This document shows, piece by piece, positions 17,773-24,412 of a DNA stretch of 24,412 bases. The stretch is from Fimbriimonadales bacterium. GTDB taxonomy: Bacteria; Armatimonadota; Fimbriimonadia; Fimbriimonadales; ATM1. The notes beneath the pieces were generated by a model. That model saw only the letters and a program-made list of their open reading frames with translations, was not told the DNA's origin and did no database searches. The stretch lies in the NCBI GenBank assembly GCA_041744215.1, contig JBGTLG010000010.1, positions 1 through 24,412 on the forward strand, read 5' to 3'. Position 1 is the first letter of the stretch. Every line of letters begins with the position of its first letter. The translations under genes and the position numbers were made by a program.

Positions 17773-17862
17773 AATGCGGGCAACCGCAGAAAGACAGTAA
17801 CAACCAATCTATCCCTCCAGTCCTCTGGCCGGCACGATTCTCGTTGCCGGCCAACGTTTTTT
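17773..17862 (+). ncRNA. Candidate ~90-nt small RNA (or attenuating leader)
   Basis: Begins at the predicted sigma-54 +1. 5' hairpin TGCGG-GCAA-CCGCA, single-stranded A/C-rich then CU-rich tract, ends in a terminator-like hairpin. No family recognised. Confidence 0.55.
17826..17862 (+). terminator. Intrinsic terminator-like hairpin
   Basis: TGGCCGGCACGA-TTC-TCGT(T)GCCGGCCA followed by ACG and TTTTTT. Confidence 0.65.
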
Positions 17863-18006
17863 CGCATCCCATGCTTTTGCCAGGCTACCAAGCTTGCGGT
17901 GGCGGAATAGAAACTTAGGTCAAGGCGGCCGAAGACTCTCGTCAACAGAGTATCGGGTCGCCAACCAAAGCGCGGCGGCCAAGCGGCCCTGCGACGGGAG
18001 TCACCA

Positions 18007-19275
18007 GTGGGAATATCTAGACGCGATTTCTTTCGAAGCGCCGGAGTAGCCGCATTGGCCACTTCACTGCCAGCAGTACTCAAAACAGGTGCGACGGCGT
18101 CATCTGTGCCACCGCAGTACCGCGTAAAGTTCTTTGGCGCCAACGTTCGCCTTTACTGTTTCGATAAGAACAGTCGGATTCGCCGAGATCAAATTCAGCA
18201 GATCAAACGCTGGGGCTTTCGGAAGCTCAGAGACAACGCGCAGCATACAGGCTGGAATCTATACGATCTCAATCACGCAAGGACGGTGATGCTTGACTGC
18301 ATGGCAGAGGGCATTGAGTACACAGTTTGTGGAGTAGATAGAAACCCAGGCCTCGAGAATCTGCTTACTGCCGATCAGTGGGCGGCAGTAAAGACCCGAT
18401 ACAACGGCAATGAGGGTATGGCCAGAACCGCGACGTCGGCGATGGCTGTCGCGCTCCTCAAGCAGCCATTCTGCGATTTCCTTCTCGATCACGTGGTGCA
18501 GGCACGTGCCGCTTACCCTCAAGGTGTCCGAATGCAAGCATACAACGGACCCGAGCTCGACGGCTTCGACCCTTGGAACATGTACGACGAGGAGTACCGA
18601 CAATTCTGGCGAGATATTGGTGTCGATGTTCCGCATGGCGGGGCGAACCCCGTAGCGCTGAACGACTTGATTCGAAACAACTACGATTCTTACGCAAACC
18701 AGGTCAAAGCGATCTGGGGAAGCCCTTGGCTTGGGAAGACCACCCATATGTACGAGTACATAGGGTCGTGGGGACAACGGATGTACGTCGCTCCCGGTCC
18801 AGATTCAATGCAGGAGCCCATCATCACTGAGTGGGGAGCACATCGATTTGAGTGCAACAATCTTGTGAACGTCTTCCAAACACTCCCAATCCGAATGATC
18901 GAGCACAACGCGCAAAAGGGCGTTCAGGTCACGGACGCCACGGGCACTTACAACGTACTCGAGGCCTTTCTCCACGAGCCTCTCGATTCGCGATTCATCG
19001 ATTTGTGGCAGCAGGGTCGAACGCAGCTTCTTTGGAACTCTCGGCAATACTCCGCGCTGGTGCTGAGCATGACCGACAATCGACACGGCTGGGTGCCCTG
19101 GAGCGGCGTGTTTATGGACGCACCGGTCGCAACGGCGATCCAGGAAACCATGCGATCGCTGAGCGGCGCAGGGGGGTCAAGCCAACCCGGCAACGGCCGG
19201 CGAGGAGGTTCGACCGGACGAAGAAACTTGAATGTGTGGACCTCGGATCATGTCAACGAACGCCGCGCTGCTTAG
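18007..19275 (+). CDS. Tat-exported hypothetical protein, possible clan GH-A TIM-barrel glycosidase-like
   Basis: Twin-arginine SRRDFF plus hydrophobic region; SD GGGAG 6 nt before GTG; YNGPE and PIITEWG motifs. The CDS is well supported, the function is weak. Confidence 0.75.
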   Translation: MGISRRDFFRSAGVAALATSLPAVLKTGATASSVPPQYRVKFFGANVRLYCFDKNSRIRRDQIQQIKRWGFRKLRDNAQHTGWNLYDLNHARTVMLDCMAEGIEYTVCGVDRNPGLENLLTADQWAAVKTRYNGNEGMARTATSAMAVALLKQPFCDFLLDHVVQARAAYPQGVRMQAYNGPELDGFDPWNMYDEEYRQFWRDIGVDVPHGGANPVALNDLIRNNYDSYANQVKAIWGSPWLGKTTHMYEYIGSWGQRMYVAPGPDSMQEPIITEWGAHRFECNNLVNVFQTLPIRMIEHNAQKGVQVTDATGTYNVLEAFLHEPLDSRFIDLWQQGRTQLLWNSRQYSALVLSMTDNRHGWVPWSGVFMDAPVATAIQETMRSLSGAGGSSQPGNGRRGGSTGRRNLNVWTSDHVNERRAA

Positions 19276-19356
19276 TTGCCGCAGTTGATGCTTCCTTCGT
19301 GAAACCGTGGTCTCCGGAGCCCGACTCCGCTTGCTGCGTAGTGTACTGCGGAATTG

Positions 19357-20433
19357 CTACGCCTTCGGCATGAATCGCTTCGAGACCACCATCGCCGGGT
19401 GAGGCTTGTCGCGAATCTCCACTTCGCAGGGCTGATCCAGCGCAGATTCGCCCGCATTGACGAAAGCAAAGGCAATCCCGCGATCTAACATTGGCGAGAA
19501 GACGCCGCTTGAAACGGTGCCAATTTGGTGCCCGTTGCGCAGCACCCGGTAGCCTTCCCTCGGCACAATTTTTGAATCCATCTGAACGCCAACCAACTTC
19601 CTCGTCGGACCGTCGGACCGGGCCGCGTTGATCGGAGTGGAGCCGATGAACTCCTTCGTCTTGGAAACCACCCAACCCAATCCCGCTTCGATGGGGTTGA
19701 TTTGGTCGGACAGTTCATGGCCGTAGAGCGGCAGTCCAGCTTCGACACGAAGTACGTCTCTGCTTGCCAGTCCGCAAGGAGCAACGCCGCACTCGACAAG
19801 CGCATCCCACACTTCAATCGCATGGTCACTGGGGAGGATCAATTCAAAGCCATCCTCACCTGTGTAACCTGTTCGCGCTGCGAACGCTGGCGCGCCGGCG
19901 ATGTCCGCATTGACTGCCGTAAACCGGGGTGTATCAGAGATATCACGCTCAGCAAGTGAGTTGACGATATCGACTGCCTTCGGTCCTTGTACCGCGACCA
20001 TCGCCGTTTCAAACGTCTCGTCTGTCAGAGACACGTCGTATCTGTTGTGCGATTGCATCCATGCGATGTCCTTCTCACGATTTGATGCGTTGATCACCAT
20101 GCGGAAAACGCTGTTCGAGATCCTATAAACGATGATGTCATCGACGCATGTTCCGTTCTCATAGCAGAGCAACGAATACTGAGATCCGCCATCCTGCAGT
20201 TTTGAGATGTCGTTTGTGGTAAGAAGCTCGAGAAACTCGATAACACGCTCTCCTCGAAACCATGTCCGACCCATGTGAGAGACGTCGAACATTCCCGCCC
20301 CTTCCCGCACCGCTTTGCTTTCCGCGATAACACCTGAATACTGAACCGGCATATCCCATCCGGCGAAGTCGACCATCTTGGCGTTGTGCCGCAGGTGCGC
20401 GGCATGGAGCGGAGTCTTAAGCAGTTCGGACAT
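19357..20433 (-). CDS. gcvT: Glycine cleavage system aminomethyltransferase T
   Basis: LKTPLH, FAGWDMPVQY, FDVSHMG, AVQGP, RTGYTGEDGFE, RDVLRVEAGLPLYGHE. Start ATG 20433; the longer ORF overlaps the upstream gene. Confidence 0.96.
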   Translation of the reverse strand: MSELLKTPLHAAHLRHNAKMVDFAGWDMPVQYSGVIAESKAVREGAGMFDVSHMGRTWFRGERVIEFLELLTTNDISKLQDGGSQYSLLCYENGTCVDDIIVYRISNSVFRMVINASNREKDIAWMQSHNRYDVSLTDETFETAMVAVQGPKAVDIVNSLAERDISDTPRFTAVNADIAGAPAFAARTGYTGEDGFELILPSDHAIEVWDALVECGVAPCGLASRDVLRVEAGLPLYGHELSDQINPIEAGLGWVVSKTKEFIGSTPINAARSDGPTRKLVGVQMDSKIVPREGYRVLRNGHQIGTVSSGVFSPMLDRGIAFAFVNAGESALDQPCEVEIRDKPHPAMVVSKRFMPKA

Positions 20434-20447
20434 GAACCGCAGTTTAC
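20434..20447 (-). promoter_or_regulatory. Putative leaderless -10 element (GTAAACT-N7-ATG) overlapping the upstream stop codon
   Basis: Minus strand reads ATGTAAACT GCGGTTC ATG. Confidence 0.5.
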
Positions 20448-22042
20448 ATCCTAATGACGGGCCACTTCGTTTCTTCAATCGGCGCATTGAGTGCCGCGGC
20501 AAGCGCCAGTCCGACAGCCATCCTCGTTTCGGTTGGCAGTATGATCCCGTCGTCCCACATTCTCGCGGTTGCGAAGTATGGCGAACCTTCGCGCTCATAC
20601 TGCTCACGAACTGGATCGCCGATCTTGCGTTTCTCTTCATCCGAGACGGGCCCTTTCATCTCTTTGATTGTAATCAGGACTTGCGCGGCCTGCTCCGCGC
20701 CCATCACTGATATGCGCGAGTTCGGCCACGTAAACAGGAAACGCGGACCGTACGCCCTGCCGCACATCGCATAATTCCCTGCACCGTGCGACCCGCCGAT
20801 CAAGACTGTAAGCTTTGGCACATTCGCACATGAAACCGCCTGAACAATCTTCGCGCCGTCTTTCGTTATCCCGCCTTCCTCGTACCTCTTCCCCACCATG
20901 AAACCCGTGATGTTTTGCAAGAAGATAATCGGAACTTTGCGAGCTGCGCAGAGTTCGATAAAGTGCGCTCCCTTGAGAGCGCTCTCACTGAACAAAACAC
21001 CGTTATTCGCCAGAATCCCAACTTCGTGCCCCATCCATCGCGCGAATCCGCAAACCAGCGTTTTGCCGTACTCGCTCTTGAACTCGTGAATCCTGGAACC
21101 ATCGACTAACCGCGCTATCACCTCTCGCACCTCATAGGGCGTACGGTTATCGGGCGGGATAATGCCGAACAGCTCATCTGCGGAATACAACGGCTCTTCG
21201 ATATCCCAGTCCGGTTCTTTTGCAATTCCAGGCACGCTGCTTGGAATGGACTCGACGATCGACCTCACGATCTCAAGCGCGTGCTCGTCACTGTCTGCGA
21301 GGTGGTCGGTAACACCGGACACCCGCGAATGCATCGCGCCGCCTCCGAGGTCTTCGGCGCTTACCTCTTCACCAGTCGCTGCTTTCACCAGCGGCGGCCC
21401 CGCAAGATAGATCGTCCCGACGCCAGCAACAATGACGTTTTCGTCACTCATCGCAGGAACATATGCTCCGCCGGCGGTACACATTCCCATGACGGCCGCG
21501 ATCTGAGGAATTCCCTGCGCCGACATTTGCGCCTGATTGTAAAAGATGCGTCCGAAATGCTCTTTATCTGGAAAGACTTCGCTCTGCATCGGTAAGAAAA
21601 CGCCACCGGAATCTACGAGATAGATTGTAGTAAGCCGATTCTCCAGCGCGATCTCTTGCGCGCGGATATGTTTGCGAATAGTAAGCGGATAATAGGTTCC
21701 ACCCTTAACAGTCGCGTCATTCGACAAGATCATGCACGCCTTGCCAGAAACCGAACCGATGCCTGCGACAACGCCAGCGCTCGGCACTTCGTTATCGTAT
21801 AGCCCGTAAGCGGCGAGCATTCCAACTTCCAAAAACGCAGAATCTGCGTCGAGCAAACGCTCAATTCGCTCCCGCGCAGTTAGCTTGCCGCGCTCATGAT
21901 GGAGTGCCCGGGCTTTCTCGCTACCGCCCAAGCTGACCTCCGATCTTCGCTGCGATAGCTCTTCGACTATGCCCCGATAATGCTCTGCGTTCGCCTTGAA
22001 TTCGGACGACTTCGGGTTCACCTTGCTGCGGATAGGTTCCAT
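20444..22042 (-). CDS. Carboxyltransferase (beta) subunit of 3-methylcrotonyl-CoA carboxylase (LiuB/MccB-like)
   Basis: [81 protein letters not shown]. Start is ATG 22042 or 22066. Confidence 0.94.
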   Translation of the reverse strand: MEPIRSKVNPKSSEFKANAEHYRGIVEELSQRRSEVSLGGSEKARALHHERGKLTARERIERLLDADSAFLEVGMLAAYGLYDNEVPSAGVVAGIGSVSGKACMILSNDATVKGGTYYPLTIRKHIRAQEIALENRLTTIYLVDSGGVFLPMQSEVFPDKEHFGRIFYNQAQMSAQGIPQIAAVMGMCTAGGAYVPAMSDENVIVAGVGTIYLAGPPLVKAATGEEVSAEDLGGGAMHSRVSGVTDHLADSDEHALEIVRSIVESIPSSVPGIAKEPDWDIEEPLYSADELFGIIPPDNRTPYEVREVIARLVDGSRIHEFKSEYGKTLVCGFARWMGHEVGILANNGVLFSESALKGAHFIELCAARKVPIIFLQNITGFMVGKRYEEGGITKDGAKIVQAVSCANVPKLTVLIGGSHGAGNYAMCGRAYGPRFLFTWPNSRISVMGAEQAAQVLITIKEMKGPVSDEEKRKIGDPVREQYEREGSPYFATARMWDDGIILPTETRMAVGLALAAALNAPIEETKWPVIRM

Positions 22043-22142
22043 GCCAAGCGGTTTATACCCCTGCATTTCCCCGTACCGCCCCGAGGGGTTGAACGTTTAG
22101 GCTCTTCAGAGACACACAAGTCTCATGACAGGAGAAAAGAAC

Positions 22143-23591
22143 ATGAAAAGATTGAGATGGATTGCCAGCACGGCTGGCGCGGCAGCGGTGACCGCAGGAT
22201 TGGCGTCCGGTTTTTGGTGGCAGAACCCCACAGTTGGGTGGGGCCCGATACCAAGGCTTAAGACCTATCCAGCCAGCGGCACAAGCATGACGCCCTCGGC
22301 ATATCTGGAGTATCGCGAAGCGATTCGAAGGACAGCGACGATGGTCAGCGACCGAGATGCCCAGCGGCTTGCGAGCCGGTATGGGCTCAACGTTCTCAAC
22401 ATAACTTGGGAAGACACGGGCCGCTACAAGAACTCTGCTGTCGGCCCAAACATTAGTGACATGACAATCCAGGTTGGCTTGCAAGAACCTCGGAGCGGCA
22501 ACTTCGAAGTAACGGCCATGCCCGTTATTCGCCATCCGAACTTCAGCGACCTAACCACAGATCTCGATCCGCGCGACTTCACGCTCCTCGTCGGCAACGA
22601 AAAAGGCCGAAACCTGCAGCGAGTTTCGCTCTACGACTTTCTTGCAGCTCCTACGCAATTTCTTTCCAATCCTCGCGAGTGGAGAGCATCGAAAAAAACG
22701 CTGATCGCGCCAAGAGATTCTAAAGTTCTCGTCAGCGCGCAAGCAGCGTTTCTGCCTGTTCCGAAACAAGGCGTCGCGACATTCAACCCGGTCATCTTCA
22801 ACTATCAGTCGATGCCAAAGGACCCCGCAGTATTGACGATCCTCGCAACGCGTGAAGGCACGAGCGTGACAATCATCGACAACCAGCGCGACGCGTGGCA
22901 TACCGGGTCGATCTGGGGCCAGCGCTTGTTCTTCAACAAGGCAGGAATGCGCGCGAGCTTCACCGGAACGCGACTGAGCGATTTCGTCGGTGATCCGGGT
23001 CGGCCGTTTGATCCCTCGCGTCAAGACGCATCGGGCATGAACATGGTGCTGCTCATCCAAGTTCCGCTCAAACAAAAGCGGCCGATGCGCGAAATGTACG
23101 ATGCCGTTCCAGCCACCGCCGCTGGTGGGGGATTCGGTGCAGCGATGAGCAAATCAGAACGCAGCAATGTTGAAGCTGCTGTCATCGGACACGGCGACGT
23201 CGAAGGCCCGTTCACCGAAATCGACAACCTCTCCATCGAACGCGACGAGCGGTTCCCGATTCGCGTAACGGTTCAGTTCTACAAAGCTACGTCGAACGGA
23301 ATCGTCAGCGATTCGGATGTTCGCCAAATCCGCGACGAGATCAAATCAGTTTACGATCTCGGCGATGTCGTCGGAAGTTTGGTCACCGACGGAAACACCG
23401 GTAGACCAACCGAATACTTCGGCTCGAAAGTGCAGCCAAGAAACTGGTGGGATCAGTTCTGGCGTCGCTACGAACTCTCGCACGGCGAAAGCCGCTGGGA
23501 CGCAATCGCGAAGCTGCGCAGGCTCATCGGCAACGACTATATGCAGCGACCGGTTTGTGATCTGTACCTGCGAGATCTGCTTCGGAAGTAG
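22143..23591 (+). CDS. Uncharacterised exported or membrane-anchored protein (~482 aa)
   Basis: Long ORF; SD AGGAG at 22130-22134 before ATG 22143; signal-like N-terminus; motif-rich core WEDTGR...GPNISDMT...PVIR.PNFSD. Confidence 0.85.
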   Translation: MKRLRWIASTAGAAAVTAGLASGFWWQNPTVGWGPIPRLKTYPASGTSMTPSAYLEYREAIRRTATMVSDRDAQRLASRYGLNVLNITWEDTGRYKNSAVGPNISDMTIQVGLQEPRSGNFEVTAMPVIRHPNFSDLTTDLDPRDFTLLVGNEKGRNLQRVSLYDFLAAPTQFLSNPREWRASKKTLIAPRDSKVLVSAQAAFLPVPKQGVATFNPVIFNYQSMPKDPAVLTILATREGTSVTIIDNQRDAWHTGSIWGQRLFFNKAGMRASFTGTRLSDFVGDPGRPFDPSRQDASGMNMVLLIQVPLKQKRPMREMYDAVPATAAGGGFGAAMSKSERSNVEAAVIGHGDVEGPFTEIDNLSIERDERFPIRVTVQFYKATSNGIVSDSDVRQIRDEIKSVYDLGDVVGSLVTDGNTGRPTEYFGSKVQPRNWWDQFWRRYELSHGESRWDAIAKLRRLIGNDYMQRPVCDLYLRDLLRK

Positions 23592-23617
23592 ATTCATGCG
23601 ACTCGTGTCATTGTCTG

Positions 23618-23649
23618 CACGGTCGGCGATTCTTGAATCGCCGACCGTG
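23618..23649. repeat. Perfect inverted repeat (15-bp arms), terminator- or REP-like
   Basis: CACGGTCGGCGATTC-TT-GAATCGCCGACCGTG, 26 nt after the stop at 23591; no U-tract on either strand. Confidence 0.8.
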
Positions 23650-23951
23650 ACCGCTATGTGCTGCCGCGACCGTCAGGCCGATGTTAGCAGCCTGCAAACC
23701 TAACGCTCTTGTGTCGCTGCCAGTTTCAGTCTCAGATTGAGGGAGTTTTTACTCTGCCGGATGGAGGGTGTCGAATGTTGACAAACACACCCATGGCTCC
23801 CACGCCCGAAACCTACACCCGGCCGCACCCACCACTCCCGATGCGGCTACGGCGATCTGTTTGAACGGCAGTGCTAAGATAACGACGTTAATCGAGGACG
23901 TGGCCCAGTGGAGGCGATCGAAAAGCGCTTCGATTACGTCGGTGGTCAGCT

Positions 23952-24320
23952 ATGGTGCAGTCCGATCAAAAGGGAAACTGGCTCATACGAGTCATTCGCA
24001 ATCGAGTTTTTGTTCTAGTTGCTTCTGCAATTGCTTCGACCTCGATCATGTATATTGCCCAATGTGCCCACTGGAAGAACTATATGCGTGAGAGGACTGA
24101 CATTTTCTATCAAAGTCAGCTCGATTCGACATTTGGTTCAAAGGAGCATGGCTGGGACGTCCTTACTTCGGATGCTCAAGGCCGCTACAAAGCCGCAGTC
24201 GCTGAGTACGGCGCAATCATAGATTATGAGATCATTACTATCAATCCGGTCGATTGGTGGCTGTTTTTTACAGATGTCTCAACTGGTCCTCCTGTTGAGA
24301 CTAAAATGGGCAGCGCATGA
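23952..24320 (+). CDS. Hypothetical small protein with one N-terminal hydrophobic segment
   Basis: 122-aa ORF, visibly more AT-rich than flanking genes; stop overlaps the next ATG (ATGA). Confidence 0.5.
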   Translation: MVQSDQKGNWLIRVIRNRVFVLVASAIASTSIMYIAQCAHWKNYMRERTDIFYQSQLDSTFGSKEHGWDVLTSDAQGRYKAAVAEYGAIIDYEIITINPVDWWLFFTDVSTGPPVETKMGSA

Positions 24321-24412
24321 ATAAGCAACGACACTGGAAGAACATGACTGAACCGGGGGGCACCGCGTTCATAACGACGGCCGTCCTCGATTTCGTACCC
24401 GCCTTCGCCGAC
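24317..24412 (+). CDS. N-terminus of a probable REP-associated tyrosine transposase (RAYT, IS200/Y1 family), 3'-truncated by the window
   Basis: MNKQRHWKNMTEPGGTAFITTAVLDFVPAFAD resembles the Y1 N-terminal strand PG..yFiT........F. The HUH motif is not in the window. Confidence 0.55.
   Translation, partial: MNKQRHWKNMTEPGGTAFITTAVLDFVPAFAD

Noticed and set aside
17690-18006. Known riboswitch (cobalamin, c-di-GMP, c-di-AMP) or RNase P RNA; also short ORFs at 17690-18143
   Set aside because: I could not find the conserved cores of those RNAs. The short ORFs lack protein-like composition and cross promoter and terminator elements.
19276-19356. Weak inverted repeats between the Tat gene and gcvT
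   Set aside because: Short stems (CCGCAGT/ACTGCGG far apart; GGAG/CTCC) without U-tracts; cannot be called a terminator.
20434-20443. Glycine riboswitch upstream of gcvT
   Set aside because: Only 10 nt of intergenic space.
23768-24091. 107-aa ORF with a Cys-rich C-terminus
   Set aside because: The Cys cluster is an alternative-frame reading of the 23952-24320 ORF; no recognisable domain. A GGAGG lies immediately before its GTG, too close to act as an SD.

Overview
GC-rich bacterial chromosomal segment, mostly housekeeping and metabolic genes; gene style suggests Armatimonadota, but this is inference only. Left to right: a partial Gly-rich ORF, dnaG, a divergent sigma-70 factor and a Cas4/RecB-type nuclease (+). 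A minus-strand operon of EEP phosphodiesterase, biotin carboxylase, biotin carrier protein and HMG-CoA lyase. A DUF6265-like protein and an AcuC-type deacetylase (+). tRNA-Cys(GCA), scpA, scpB, a D,D-carboxypeptidase and rluB (-). An ArnT/GT39-like glycosyltransferase (+). trxB, a GH65 lipoprotein and a CE4-like protein (-). A Tat-exported putative clan GH-A protein (+). A carboxyltransferase and gcvT (-). An uncharacterised exported ~480-aa protein, an orphan ORF and the start of a probable RAYT/Y1 transposase (+). The most notable non-coding signal is a candidate ~90-nt sigma-54-dependent small RNA at ~17773-17862: consensus -24/-12 promoter, GNRA hairpin, anti-SD-like tract and terminator. 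At least four genes show leaderless-type promoters (GTANNNT-N6/7-ATG). No CRISPR array, rRNA or prophage was seen.
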